This document shows, in pieces, positions 51,827 through 62,207 of a stretch of 64,000 bases of DNA. Each line of letters begins with the position of its first letter. Within the stretch, counting starts at the first letter, position 1. The stretch is from an uncultured Chloroflexia bacterium. Lineage in GTDB: Bacteria; Chloroflexota; Limnocylindria; Limnocylindrales; CSP1-4. A program made the translations under genes and the position numbers. The notes under the pieces were generated by a model. That model worked only from the letters and a program-made list of their open reading frames with translations, was not told the DNA's origin and made no database searches. The stretch covers positions 832,001-896,000 of the forward strand of contig CAVPPB010000003.1 in the NCBI GenBank assembly GCA_963707215.1, written 5' to 3'.

Positions 51827-53503
51827 TCAGGCGGCGTCCGGATCCTCGGCGCGCATCGCCTCCTCCAGCTGGCGGCCGTACTGCCAGCGCTCGACGAGGG
51901 CGCCGACGTTGACGGGCTCCGCGGCCATCGTCTCGGCCGGTCGGGCCAGCAGGAAGCCCTGGGCCGCATGCAGCCCGAGCGAGCGGATCACCTCGAGGTG
52001 CTGCGGGGTCTCGACACCCTCGGCCACGATCGTCGCGCCCCAGCGGTCGGCCAGGCCGCGGAGTGCCCGCAGGACGCTCTCGCCGGCCTCGCCGAGGATC
52101 CCCCGCTGGACCAGCGAGAGATCCACCTTGACGATGTCGAAGCGGATCTGGCTCAGCAGGCTGAGCCCGGCATTGCCCGCGCCGACGTCGTCGATGGCGG
52201 TCCGGAAGCCGACGGCCTGGCAGGCCTCGAGGTTGCGCTGGAGGCGACCGAGGTCGCTGACGGTCTCGCGCTCGGTGATCTCGATGACGACCTGGCCCGA
52301 CGGGATCCCGTGGCGAGCCAGGATCGCGATGACGTCCATCGGCGAGAAGTCGGTCGCCTCGATCGTCCTCGGCGAGACATTGATGCCCAGGTGGCAGTCG
52401 GGCGGCAAGGCGCCGGCGCCGGCCGCGACCGCCTCGATGGCCGCCAGGTCGAGCTCGACGGTCCGGCCGACAGCCTCCGCGGCCACGAAGAGTGACGAGG
52501 CATCCGGGAAGCCGGTCGAGGGGTCGGGTCGGACCAGGCCCTCGTAGGCGATGGGCTGGCCGGAGGCGACGTCGAAGATGGCCTGGTAGACGGGTCGCAA
52601 GGCCCGGTTCGCGACGACGGTCGCGACGGCCGCCGAGAGTTCGGGGACGGATCGGTCGTCGCCCGTCACGGCGTGGCGTGTCGGGTCGAAGACCTCCACG
52701 GAAGTGCGCCCGTGGCGCTTCGCCGAGTACAGCGCCGCGTCGGCGTGGAGGCGGAGCTGGCCGGCGTCCGTGCTCGGCTCCGGGAAGGACGTCACGCCCG
52801 CCGAGAAGGAGAAGACCGGGAACGCCAGCTCCGTCGTCCGGCCCTCCAGGGCGCCGGCGAGCAGGCGACGGGCCGTGACGTAGGCGGTCTCCTGGTCGGC
52901 ACCGGGCAGCAGGATGGCGAACTCGTCGCCGCCGATCCGGAAGGCCAGGTCGCCACGCCGGATCGCCGCGCCGATGAGCCGCCCCATCGTCGCCAGCAGC
53001 CGGTCGCCGGCCGCGTGACCCTGTCCGTCGTTGACGGCCTTGAGATCATCCAGGTCGATGAGGATCAGGGCGATGGCCTCGTCCTCGCGGCGGTCACGGT
53101 CGACCCGCTTGGACAGCTCCTCCTCGAAGGCCCGCTGGTTGCCGAGCCCGGTCAGCGAGTCACGCAAGGCGTCGAGGCGAGCTCGCTCGAAGAGTTCGAG
53201 GAAGCGTCGCCGCTCGTCCTCGACCGAGAGGACCGGGGCGATGACCCAGGCGGCCCACCTGGGGACCGCGGCCATCGTCGCCAGGCCGGCGCCGAGGGCG
53301 AGCAGCCCGATCACGAAGGGTGCGCCCGGGACGCCGGCCAGGAGGGTCACGACGACGCCCACCACGGAAACCACCGCGCCGAGCGCCAGGAGGCTCCGCC
53401 TGAGGCGCTCGCGCACCTGCCGGATCAGCCCGATGCCGTCGGTTGACGGCGGGGTGGTCACGGCCCGGTCGCCACGCATGGGCTCAGCGCGCGCGGTCAT
53501 CAC
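51827..53503 (-). CDS. Membrane-bound diguanylate cyclase/phosphodiesterase (GGDEF-EAL)
   Basis: Two TM helices; DSLTGL.N, DLDDLKAVND..GH..GD, RxxD I-site, GGDEF; EGLVR, EITE, DDVGAG, KVD, AEGVE, QGF. Confidence 0.92.
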   Translation of the reverse strand: MMTARAEPMRGDRAVTTPPSTDGIGLIRQVRERLRRSLLALGAVVSVVGVVVTLLAGVPGAPFVIGLLALGAGLATMAAVPRWAAWVIAPVLSVEDERRRFLELFERARLDALRDSLTGLGNQRAFEEELSKRVDRDRREDEAIALILIDLDDLKAVNDGQGHAAGDRLLATMGRLIGAAIRRGDLAFRIGGDEFAILLPGADQETAYVTARRLLAGALEGRTTELAFPVFSFSAGVTSFPEPSTDAGQLRLHADAALYSAKRHGRTSVEVFDPTRHAVTGDDRSVPELSAAVATVVANRALRPVYQAIFDVASGQPIAYEGLVRPDPSTGFPDASSLFVAAEAVGRTVELDLAAIEAVAAGAGALPPDCHLGINVSPRTIEATDFSPMDVIAILARHGIPSGQVVIEITERETVSDLGRLQRNLEACQAVGFRTAIDDVGAGNAGLSLLSQIRFDIVKVDLSLVQRGILGEAGESVLRALRGLADRWGATIVAEGVETPQHLEVIRSLGLHAAQGFLLARPAETMAAEPVNVGALVERWQYGRQLEEAMRAEDPDAA

Positions 53504-53710
53504 CGGCGAGCCTACGCCGCCCGGTGCGTCCGGGCCGTCCGCCGAAGGTACCAGCCGGTCCGGCAGACGGACCAGCCCGTGGCCGTAGGCGGCGCTCCCG
53601 CGCGGGGGCGGGACCTGTCACCGCGATGCCGCCGGACCATGGCATCCTGCTCCCGGGACCCCGGGAGGGCGATCGCGCCGCCTCGCAGCCCGGACGCCAG
53701 GGAGCACGCC

Positions 53711-54091
53711 ATGGACGATCTCGTCGACCTCGAGGCCATCGCACCGCTGGACCTCCAGCCCGGGACGGTCCGCGGTCGCCGGATCGAGGGTGAGCGGCTG
53801 ACCCTGGCCGTGATCGAGCTCGACCCGGGCGCGACCGTGCCGGAGCACCGCCATCATCACGAGCAGCTCGGCATCTGCGTGGCCGGCACCATCACGATCA
53901 CCCTCGACGGGATGAGCCGGACGTTCGGGCCCGGCGGGACCTGGCGGATCCTGGCCGATCGGCCCCATGTCGCGGTGGCTGGCCCCGATGGCGCGGTCGC
54001 CATCGAGGCGTTCACCCCGATCCGCGACGACTGGTCGGACCGGCGCGTCCTGGAGCCACGGGCCCCGGCCTGGCCGTCCTCGACGAGCTAG
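53711..54091 (+). CDS. Cupin domain protein
   Basis: GGGAG RBS; VPEHRHHHEQ, PH, AFTPIRDDW. Confidence 0.85.
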   Translation: MDDLVDLEAIAPLDLQPGTVRGRRIEGERLTLAVIELDPGATVPEHRHHHEQLGICVAGTITITLDGMSRTFGPGGTWRILADRPHVAVAGPDGAVAIEAFTPIRDDWSDRRVLEPRAPAWPSSTS

Positions 54092-54126
54092 CGTCTCCTG
54101 CGGGCGCCCGAGCGCAGTCGGACCGG

Positions 54127-55824
54127 CTACCCCTGCGCCGCCTCGCGGTCCCTGAGGATCCGCTGGGCGGCCAGCTTGCCCGGTCCGCCGGTGACGCAGC
54201 CGCCGGGGTGGGTACCCGACCCGCACTGGTAGTAGCCATCGATGGGGGTCCGGTACTGCGACCAGCCGGGTGCCGGCCGGAAGAAGTACATCTGTGGCGC
54301 CAGGAACTCCCCGGCGAAGATGTTGCCCTCGGACAGGCCGACCGTCCGCTCGATGTCGAGCGGGGTGACGACCTCGCGCTGGAGGACCAGGTCGGAGAAG
54401 CCTGGGAAGAACGACTCCAGGGTCCGCTGGACGGTGTCGCCGAGGTTCTGGCGCTCGGTGTCCCAGTCGCTCCCCCGGAGCTCGTACGGCGTGTAGTGGG
54501 TGAAGCACGACATGACGGCCTTGCCGGGCGGCGCCATGTCCGGATCCACCATCGACTGGATCGCGCAGTCCAGGTAGGGCCGGCTGGAGTACCAGCCGTA
54601 CTTGCCCTCGTCGAAGGCCCGCTCCAGGTACTCCATCGACGGGCCCACGTTGGTGAAGCCCCGGTACTGGTCGGTCCGATCGCCGAGGGCCGGATAGCGT
54701 GGGATGGCGTCGAGGGCGAAGTTGACCTTCGAGCTGGTCCCCTGGAAGCGGAACCGGCGGATGTTCTCGACGAGATCCCCGGGTAGCTCGGCCGGGTCGA
54801 GCAGCTCCAGGAACGTGCGCCGCGGGTCCAGGGACGACACGACGACCGGCGCCCGGTACTCGGTGCCGTCGGCAAGCGCCACGCCCTCGACCTGGCCGTT
54901 CCGGGTCATGACGGCCTCGACGGGCGCCTCGAGGCGGATCTCCGCCCCCAGCGCCTGGGCGGCCCGCGAGAGGACCTGGGTGAAGCCGCCGTTGCCTCCC
55001 TTGTGGAACGACCAGGCGCCCATGATCCCGTCGTGTTCGCCGAGCAGGTGGTAGAGCAGGACCAGGCCCGACCCCTGCGAGTACGGCCCGACCTTGGTCC
55101 CGATGATCGACGACGACGCGAGATAGCCCTTGATGATGTCGGACTCGAAGTAGTCGTCGAGGAAGTCGGCCGCCGAGCCGGTCAGCAGCCGGATAGCGTC
55201 GTGGAAGACCTTGCGATCGAGGCGCCGGAACCGGCCGGCGAGGTCGGCCAGGGCAAGCAGCTCCTCGGGGTCGTCGCTGAACAGGTCCGGCGGCGGCGCG
55301 TCCATGAGCGGCTTGAGGACCTGGAGGACCTTCCCGATGTCGTGGTCGAAGGCCTCGTACGCATCCGCGTCGTGCGGCGAGTGGCGGGCGATCTCCTTGA
55401 GGTTCTCCCCGCGATCCTGGCCGAGCAGGAGGTAGTCCCCGTCCTCCATCGGGCAGAAGGTCGTCGGCATCAGGATCGGCATGAAGCCATGCCGGACCAG
55501 GTCGAGGTCCTGGACGATATCGGGCCGCAGGAGGCTCAGGGCATACGAGAAGGTCGTGAACGAGAAGCCGGGCCGGAGCTCCTCGGTGATCGCCGCGCCA
55601 CCGACGAGGTGGCGGCGCTCGAGGACCAGGACCTTCAGCCCAGCCCTGGCCAGGTAGGCAGCGTTGACCAGGCCGTTGTGGCCGCCGCCGACGATGATGG
55701 CGTCGTGGTCCGCGTCCGCTCGGCGCGCGAAGGCGGGAGCAGGCCGGCCGGAAGCCTCGACTCGGGCGGCCTTGTCGGCCTTCGCGAGCTTGGCCTGCCT
55801 GGGGGACTTCTGGGTCTTCGGCAT
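54127..55824 (-). CDS. Phytoene-desaturase-like (PYROXD2-like) FAD-dependent oxidoreductase
   Basis: IVGGGHNGLVNAAYLARAG..VLE..VGGAA.TEE; YRTPIDGYYQCGSGTHPGGCVTG. Confidence 0.88.
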   Translation of the reverse strand: MPKTQKSPRQAKLAKADKAARVEASGRPAPAFARRADADHDAIIVGGGHNGLVNAAYLARAGLKVLVLERRHLVGGAAITEELRPGFSFTTFSYALSLLRPDIVQDLDLVRHGFMPILMPTTFCPMEDGDYLLLGQDRGENLKEIARHSPHDADAYEAFDHDIGKVLQVLKPLMDAPPPDLFSDDPEELLALADLAGRFRRLDRKVFHDAIRLLTGSAADFLDDYFESDIIKGYLASSSIIGTKVGPYSQGSGLVLLYHLLGEHDGIMGAWSFHKGGNGGFTQVLSRAAQALGAEIRLEAPVEAVMTRNGQVEGVALADGTEYRAPVVVSSLDPRRTFLELLDPAELPGDLVENIRRFRFQGTSSKVNFALDAIPRYPALGDRTDQYRGFTNVGPSMEYLERAFDEGKYGWYSSRPYLDCAIQSMVDPDMAPPGKAVMSCFTHYTPYELRGSDWDTERQNLGDTVQRTLESFFPGFSDLVLQREVVTPLDIERTVGLSEGNIFAGEFLAPQMYFFRPAPGWSQYRTPIDGYYQCGSGTHPGGCVTGGPGKLAAQRILRDREAAQG

Positions 55825-55825
55825 G

Positions 55826-57022
55826 TCAGGCCGTCCTTCGGGCGGGATCGAAGAGGGGGAGCTTGGACACGACGGCGTCCACGTAGACGTAGCGGTGGCT
55901 GACGGCCAGCTCGAGCTTGACCCGGTCACCGGGGTCCCGATCGAGCGGCACCCGGGCCAGCGCGATGTGGCGCTGGAGCATCGGCGAGTACATCAGGCTC
56001 GTCGCATAGCCGAGCTGCCGGAGCTCGTCGTCGTAGACGTAGTACTCCTCGTGGATGGGCGTGTGGTCCTTGGGCGGCACCAGGCCCGCCTCCTCGTGGA
56101 CCCGATCGTAGTCGCGCCAGTCGACGACCAGGCCGGTCAGGCGCCAGCGCGAGGTGCCGGCGGCCAGCTCGTGGCGGATGGCGTCGCGACCGATGAAGGC
56201 CCGGTCGGTCGACTCGATCCCGCGGTGCATCCAGCCGAGTCCCAGCTCCGTCGGCGTCGAGCGATCGGCGTCGGTCCAGGCGAAGCGGGCGTTGCGGAAG
56301 TCGACGTCGAGGAGCAGGAGACCGGCCTCGATCCGAGCCATCGAAAGAGCCGTCAGCCCGAACGGCACCACGCCGCGGCCGCGGCTGCCCTCCCAGACGG
56401 CATCCCAGGCGTGCAGTGCGTCGTCGGGCCGGACCCACAGCTCGTAGCCCAGGTCGCCGGTGAAGCCGGTCCGCGACACCATGACCGGGCGCCCGGCGAC
56501 CTCGATCGAGGCGAGCCCGAAGTAGGCCAGCGATCCGATGCCCGGGGCGACCGGGGCCAGGATCTCGCGGGCCTTGGGGCCCTGGACGGCGAGGACCGCC
56601 CAGTCGTCCGAGACCTCCTCGATCCGGACGTCGTTGCGCCCCCTGGCCTCGCGGAACCAGGCAAGGTTCGGCTCGGCGGTGGTCAGGATGTACTCGCCGA
56701 CGGCCGGCCGCAGCAGGACCCCGTCCTCGACGACGAAGCCGCGGTGGTCGCACCACAGCGTGTACTGGGCACGACCGGGCGCCAGCGTCCGCGGGTCACG
56801 GGTCAGCACCGACGCGAGGAAACGCTCGGCGTCCGGACCGCTGACGAGGTACTTGTACAGTGGCGACGAGTCGAACAGCCCGGCAGCGTTGCGGATCGCG
56901 AAGTACTCGAACTTCTCGGAGACCTGGTACCTGGTCGCGGACAGGTAGCTTGACCAGTGCTCCCAGAGACCCGTCTCGTTGAGCACGCTCGTGCGCTCGT
57001 GGAACGGGGAGGTCCGGATCAT
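55826..57022 (-). CDS. Aminomethyltransferase (GcvT/folate-binding) family protein
   Basis: EYFAIRNAAGLFDSSPL, EDG, VQGP, SRTGFTGDLGYELW, ARIEAG, YSP.L..IALA. Confidence 0.9.
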   Translation of the reverse strand: MIRTSPFHERTSVLNETGLWEHWSSYLSATRYQVSEKFEYFAIRNAAGLFDSSPLYKYLVSGPDAERFLASVLTRDPRTLAPGRAQYTLWCDHRGFVVEDGVLLRPAVGEYILTTAEPNLAWFREARGRNDVRIEEVSDDWAVLAVQGPKAREILAPVAPGIGSLAYFGLASIEVAGRPVMVSRTGFTGDLGYELWVRPDDALHAWDAVWEGSRGRGVVPFGLTALSMARIEAGLLLLDVDFRNARFAWTDADRSTPTELGLGWMHRGIESTDRAFIGRDAIRHELAAGTSRWRLTGLVVDWRDYDRVHEEAGLVPPKDHTPIHEEYYVYDDELRQLGYATSLMYSPMLQRHIALARVPLDRDPGDRVKLELAVSHRYVYVDAVVSKLPLFDPARRTA

Positions 57023-57181
57023 GGGCCCCTCGCGCTGCGGTCACCACGACGCGGCCGGGAGCCGCGGGCCGCCATGCTAGGCGACGACCCGGACACGGGT
57101 CGCGAGCGTTGCTCCTGACGCACTCCCGGCGCGGCGGGCCGTCCGTCCACGCGGTCGACGGTCGTGACCTATCCTTCGGCC

Positions 57182-58033
57182 ATGCTGCGTCCCGACGTCC
57201 GCGACCCCGGGGACCTCCGCCAGCCGGTCCTGCTCGCCGCCTTCGACGGCTGGGTCGACGCCGGGTCGGCCGCCTCGCTCGTCCTGGCCCGTCTCTCGGA
57301 GGACGACGAGCTGCTGGCGACATTCGATTCCGACGAGCTGTACGACTACCGGTCCCGGCGGCCGACCCTCGAGATCGTCGACGGCCGGCTCGCCGAGCTC
57401 ATCTGGCCAGAGCTGACGATCCGCCGCGCGCGGCTGGCGAGCCGGGACCTGCTGCTCCTCTCGGGTCACGAGCCCGACGACCGCTGGCGGGCCCTGGCCC
57501 GGGTCGTCGTCGAGCTCGCCCGCGACCTCGGGGTCGTCGAGTGGATCAGCCTGGGGGCGATCCCGGCAGCCGTGCCCCACACACGCCCGGTGCCGGTCCT
57601 CGGAACAGCGTCCGCTCCGGGCCTGCTCAGGGCCGGCGTGGAAGCCGGTCCGGCGGGCGTGCTGCGGGTGCCGGCGGCCGCGATCTCGGTCCTCGAGATG
57701 GCGATGGCCGAGGCCGGCATCCCGGCCCTCGGCTACTTCGCCCAGATCCCCCACTACGTGTCCGGCCCGTACCCGGCGGCTGCGGTCGAGCTGCTGCGGA
57801 ACCTGGGCGACCACCTGGGCGAGGAGCTGCCGGTCGGCGAGCTGGCCGAGGCCGCCCGCCAGCTGCAGACCCGCCTGGACACAGCGACCGCGCTCGATGA
57901 GACCTCCCGCCAGTACGTCGAGCGGCTCGAGGCGATGGCCGACGAGTCGCGGCTACCCTCTGGCGACGACCTGATCGCCGACATCGAGCGCTTCCTCCGC
58001 GAGCGTGAGGGCGACGAGCGCGGATCGGGCTGA
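57182..58033 (+). CDS. PAC2 (proteasome assembly chaperone-like) family protein
   Basis: AFDGWVDAG.AA, LYDYRSRRP, EPD.RW, AVPHTRP, PHYV, IERFLR. Confidence 0.88.
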   Translation: MLRPDVRDPGDLRQPVLLAAFDGWVDAGSAASLVLARLSEDDELLATFDSDELYDYRSRRPTLEIVDGRLAELIWPELTIRRARLASRDLLLLSGHEPDDRWRALARVVVELARDLGVVEWISLGAIPAAVPHTRPVPVLGTASAPGLLRAGVEAGPAGVLRVPAAAISVLEMAMAEAGIPALGYFAQIPHYVSGPYPAAAVELLRNLGDHLGEELPVGELAEAARQLQTRLDTATALDETSRQYVERLEAMADESRLPSGDDLIADIERFLREREGDERGSG

Positions 58034-58045
58034 GGCGGGACCCCG

Positions 58046-59374
58046 CTACATCCCCTGGCGGGCCAGGCGCCAGATGGTCCGCACGCTCGGTCGCTGGCCG
58101 TAGAGCAGGACGCCGGCGGCGTAGATCCGGGCGGCGATCCAGAGGGCGATGGCGATGGCCACGACCAGCAGGCTGATCGACAGCGCGTACTCCCACGCGG
58201 CGACGTCGCCCGAGCCCGCTCGGCTCACCATGAGGAACGGGCTCAGGAAGGGCACCATCGAGAGGGCCACCAGCAGCGCGTCATCGATGGCGATGAGGCC
58301 GGTCCCGGTGTACAGCGCGATGAGGTAGCCGGCCACCGAGATCATGCTCATCGGGGTCACCACCTGGTTGACGTCCTCCTGGCGGCTGACGAGCGAGCCG
58401 GCCGCAGCGTAGAGCACGGAGTACAGGAGGAACCCCAGCACGCCGTAGACGACCAGGACGACGAGGAGCCCGACGGTGAGGCCCTCCGGCAGCTCCACCG
58501 AGGCGCCGCCGTCGCCCAGGAGCAGGTCGGCGATCGTGCCCTGGAGGAGCAGGGCGACGACCCCGGCGCCGAGCATCGCCAGGTACTGGACGCCGGCGAC
58601 CGCGCCGACGCCGAGCACCTTGCCGGTCAGCAGCTGGAAGGGTCTCGCGGCGTTGAGGATGACCTCCATGACCCGCGAGGACTTCTCCTCGACGACGCTC
58701 ATCGCGACCCAGTTCCCGTAGAGGATGATCATCATGAAGATGAGGATCGTCAGCCCGTACCCCAGCAGGTAGTCGGTGCCCTGGGTGACCTCGTCGGTCG
58801 TCGGCTCGGTCTGCTCAGGATCCGCCCAGGCGACCGCGTAGTCGGCGGGGGCGAACAGGGCGGCCTGGTCGGCGGCGTCGACGCCGAGACGCTCGAGCCG
58901 GTCGGCCACGGCGATCGCCGTCGATGCCTGCCGGACGAGCTGGGCCGTCCGGCCGGTCGCCGAGTCGTTGGTGTAGAGGGTGAAGGTCAGCTCGCCGTCG
59001 CTCGCCCGTTCGATGGCCAGGACCGCGGAGTAGTCGCCCTCGTCGGCCTCGGCCCGGGCCGCCTCGAAGTCGCTCACGGCCAGCACGTCGAACCCGCCGC
59101 CGACCGCTGCAGCCGGATCCTCCGCCCCCGTCGGGGCGTTGAGGAGCGCGTCGAGCGTCGCCACCGGGTCGGTCGCGAGCTCCGTGCCGTCGGCCGTCCA
59201 GACGGCGACCGTGGGCTCCTCGCTGCGGTCCAGGTAGCCGACGATGACCGGTACCAGGGCGATGGCGACGACCCCGGCGACCAGGAAGAGCGTCCCGATG
59301 ACGAAGGTCCGCGTGCGCAGCCGGGTCAGGAACTCGCGGCGGGCGACGTTGACGATGTTCGGGAGATCCCTCAT
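58046..59374 (-). CDS. ABC-2 type transporter permease (NatB/YhaP-like)
   Basis: ARREF..R, SVVEEKSSRVMEVIL, GKVLG, ARIYAAGVL. Confidence 0.9.
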   Translation of the reverse strand: MRDLPNIVNVARREFLTRLRTRTFVIGTLFLVAGVVAIALVPVIVGYLDRSEEPTVAVWTADGTELATDPVATLDALLNAPTGAEDPAAAVGGGFDVLAVSDFEAARAEADEGDYSAVLAIERASDGELTFTLYTNDSATGRTAQLVRQASTAIAVADRLERLGVDAADQAALFAPADYAVAWADPEQTEPTTDEVTQGTDYLLGYGLTILIFMMIILYGNWVAMSVVEEKSSRVMEVILNAARPFQLLTGKVLGVGAVAGVQYLAMLGAGVVALLLQGTIADLLLGDGGASVELPEGLTVGLLVVLVVYGVLGFLLYSVLYAAAGSLVSRQEDVNQVVTPMSMISVAGYLIALYTGTGLIAIDDALLVALSMVPFLSPFLMVSRAGSGDVAAWEYALSISLLVVAIAIALWIAARIYAAGVLLYGQRPSVRTIWRLARQGM

Positions 59375-60351
59375 CGGTCGGAGCCTCCCGAGCCTGCCGG
59401 AGGAACGGCTGCGGATGCGGGCGCGGCGGCAAGCGTCTCCTCGTCCCGGTCGATCGCCCCGACCCGCTCCACGAAGACCTCCTCCAGCGACGGGTCGGCG
59501 ACCTCGAAGCGATAGACCTCATCGCCGCGCTCCAGGGCGGCCCGCAGGACGGCCTGCGGGTCCGAGCCGGCCCCGACGCGGAGCTCCGTGTAGTCGCGGC
59601 CGGGCCGGGTCACCTCGACGCTGGGCAGCAAGCGGAGCCAGTCGAGGTCGCCGTCGCCCGAGGTCGCCAATCGGATCGTCTGGTGGCCAGTCGAGCGCTT
59701 GACCTCACGGGTGGTGCCAGAGGCCACCAGGCGACCCCGGTCGATGATGGCGACCGAGTCGCAGAGCTCCTCGGCCTGCTCCAGCTGGTGGGTGCTGAAG
59801 ACCAGGGTCTTGCCCCGGTCGCGCATCTCCAGGAAGGCGGATTTGAGCAGGGCGACGTTGACCGGGTCCAGGCCAGCGAAGGGCTCGTCCATGAGCAGGA
59901 CGTCGGGGTCATGGAGGATCGTGGCGACGAACTGGACCTTCTGCTGGTTGCCCTTCGAGAGACTCTCGGCCCGACGGTCCGCATAGTCGGCGATGCGGAA
60001 GCGGGCCAGCCAGTCGAGGGCGTCGCGGCGGGCCGCGCTGCGCCCGACCCCGTAGAGCGACGCGTAGAACACGAGCTGGTCGAGCACTTCCATGCGCGGA
60101 TAGAGACCGCGCTCCTCCGGCATGTAGCCCCAGGTCCGCCGCGGCCAGTCGTGGACCGACCGACCCTGCCAGGCGACCCGCCCCTCGTCGGGCCGGAGGA
60201 AGCCGAGGGCGATCCGCATCGTCGTCGTCTTGCCGGCCCCGTTGGCGCCGAGGAACCCGAAGACCTCGCCGGGGGTGACGTCGAACGAGACGCCGTCGAG
60301 GGCCTGGACCTCCCCGAATTGCTTGCGCAGGCCGACGATCTCGAGGCTCAC
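59371..60351 (-). CDS. ABC transporter ATP-binding protein (YhaQ-like)
   Basis: GANGAGKTT, GYMPEERGLY, LSKGNQQKVQ, DEPFAGLDP, PSLEEVF; GTG start. Confidence 0.92.
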   Translation of the reverse strand: MSLEIVGLRKQFGEVQALDGVSFDVTPGEVFGFLGANGAGKTTTMRIALGFLRPDEGRVAWQGRSVHDWPRRTWGYMPEERGLYPRMEVLDQLVFYASLYGVGRSAARRDALDWLARFRIADYADRRAESLSKGNQQKVQFVATILHDPDVLLMDEPFAGLDPVNVALLKSAFLEMRDRGKTLVFSTHQLEQAEELCDSVAIIDRGRLVASGTTREVKRSTGHQTIRLATSGDGDLDWLRLLPSVEVTRPGRDYTELRVGAGSDPQAVLRAALERGDEVYRFEVADPSLEEVFVERVGAIDRDEETLAAAPASAAVPPAGSGGSDR

Positions 60352-60582
60352 CGTCCGTCCCCACGGTGGACGGTCGTGACGTGACGCATGCCCGGACCCT
60401 ACGACACGCGCGCAACCGGGACCCTGTCGGGCCGGACCGTTCGGCCGGGCCGTCCGGCCCAAGCCGCCCGGGACGGTCGCCGAGTCGGGCACGACCGCGG
60501 GTCTCCCGCCGGTTGGGACGCCGACGGATTCGGAACGGCCCCGGTGCCGTGGGGGCGACCGGGGCCGTGGCTGAGGCGACGG

Positions 60583-60909
60583 TCAGACGGCGTGCGGCTT
60601 GCCCACGAGCGTGCCGCCCGAGACGAGGCGGACAGCGATCGCGGCTACGCCTCCGGCAACGAGCCCGCCGATCAGGGCCGGCAGCAGCGCGAGCCCCTCC
60701 CAGACCGGCTCGATGGTCAGCCAGGCGGTGACGAACTGTCCGCAGACCAGTCCACCGAGGAAGGCGACGATAGCGGTCACGACCCACTCGTAGGGCATCG
60801 TGACCTCGGCGATGGCCTGACCGATCAGCTGGTAGACGATGCCGATCACGACGGCGCCGCCGACGAGCAGCAGCCAGCCCAGGTACGTCATGGTGATCGT
60901 GAATTCCAT
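60583..60909 (-). CDS. Small membrane protein (GlsB/YeaQ/YmgE-like)
   Basis: GGAGAGG RBS; three Gly-rich TM helices. Confidence 0.65.
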   Translation of the reverse strand: MEFTITMTYLGWLLLVGGAVVIGIVYQLIGQAIAEVTMPYEWVVTAIVAFLGGLVCGQFVTAWLTIEPVWEGLALLPALIGGLVAGGVAAIAVRLVSGGTLVGKPHAV

Positions 60910-61070
60910 GGTCCCTCTCCCGGAGCCACACGGGTACCCAAGGATCCGGGGCGGCGACACCCATCGCCCGATCGGCCCCCCGATCGCGGCCCACGCGCTT
61001 CCGCTCCTGGGCCATTGGACACCGGCGGGATGCCCACGCCAAGTGCCGATCGAACCGATCGGCCAGCTCG

Positions 61071-61517
61071 CTACTCCAGCCAGCCGATCCCGAAGTCCTC
61101 CGAGAGCCTGCGGTAGAGCGCGTCGTCAAGCGTGCCGTCGGCCCTCGCCGCTGCCAGGGCGTCGAACCATCGGTCGAGCCCACCGGGCACGGCCAGGAAC
61201 AGGTACCGGGAGGCGGTCGCAAGCGGGTTGCGGAGCGCGTGTGGGAGCCGTTTCGGCAGGCGTGCCAGGCCGCCAGCCTCGAGGGTAGCGGTCCGATCGG
61301 GGAGCCGGACCTCCAGCGCACCCTCCAGGACGTAGCCGATCTCGTCCTCGCGGGCATGGACGTGGAGACGGTTGCCTGCTCCCGGCTGGAACGTCGACTC
61401 GAAGATGTAGATGGAGCCCGCGGACTGCTCGCTCGTCAGGCGATGGGTCACCGACAGGAAGTCCAGCGACGTGCCCGCGCCCGGCGGGACGAAGGCCGGC
61501 TGCGGGTCGTCGGGCAT
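61071..61517 (-). CDS. Cupin domain protein
   Basis: AGGAGG RBS; LHVHAREDEIGYVLEG, PH, PGG..RWF. Confidence 0.85.
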   Translation of the reverse strand: MPDDPQPAFVPPGAGTSLDFLSVTHRLTSEQSAGSIYIFESTFQPGAGNRLHVHAREDEIGYVLEGALEVRLPDRTATLEAGGLARLPKRLPHALRNPLATASRYLFLAVPGGLDRWFDALAAARADGTLDDALYRRLSEDFGIGWLE

Positions 61518-61646
61518 CGGGGTCGCCTCCTGGCTGGTCGTCCGGAGGTCGCCGTCCGGACTCCTCGCCGCCGAGCATACGACCCGCATGCCGTCAGCCC
61601 GACCTACCGGAGGCACCTCCCTGAGCGCGACCGCTATGCTCGGGAG

Positions 61647-62207
61647 GTGGGGAGACTGGTCTACACCATGAACGTCTCGCTCGACGGCTTCGTCGAGACG
61701 GTCGATCGCTCCCTCGACTGGGCCATGGTGGACGAGGAGCTTCACCGCTGGTTCAACGAGCAGGCCCACAGGGCGGACGCGTTCCTCTACGGGCGACGGC
61801 TCTACGAGCGCATGGAGGCCTACTGGCCGACGGCCGAAGCTGATCCATCGGCCACGCCAGCCATGCTCGAGTTCGCCCGCATCTGGAATGCCAAGCCGAA
61901 GGTCGTGTTCTCCCCGACCCTCGAGTCGGTGGAGGCGAACAGCCGCCTCGTCGCGGGCGACGTCGGCGAGGTGCTCGCCCGTCTCCGCACGGAGTTCGAC
62001 GGCGAGATGGCTGTCGCTGGGCCGACCCTGGCGGCGGCATTCGTCGAGCGCGACCTCGTCGACGAGTACCGGCTCGTGGTCCACCCGGTCATCCTGGGAG
62101 CGGGTACCCGCTTCTTCCCCGAGCTTGAGCTCCCGGCAGGGCTCAGGCTGGTCGAGACGCGGACGTTCGAGTCCGGGGCCGTCTACCTCGGCTATGCCAG
62201 ACGGTAG
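61647..62207 (+). CDS. Dihydrofolate reductase-like (RibD C-terminal) protein
   Basis: NVSLDGF, LYGRRLYE, KVVFS.TL, GPTLA, VDEY..HPVILG.G. Confidence 0.88.
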   Translation: MGRLVYTMNVSLDGFVETVDRSLDWAMVDEELHRWFNEQAHRADAFLYGRRLYERMEAYWPTAEADPSATPAMLEFARIWNAKPKVVFSPTLESVEANSRLVAGDVGEVLARLRTEFDGEMAVAGPTLAAAFVERDLVDEYRLVVHPVILGAGTRFFPELELPAGLRLVETRTFESGAVYLGYARR

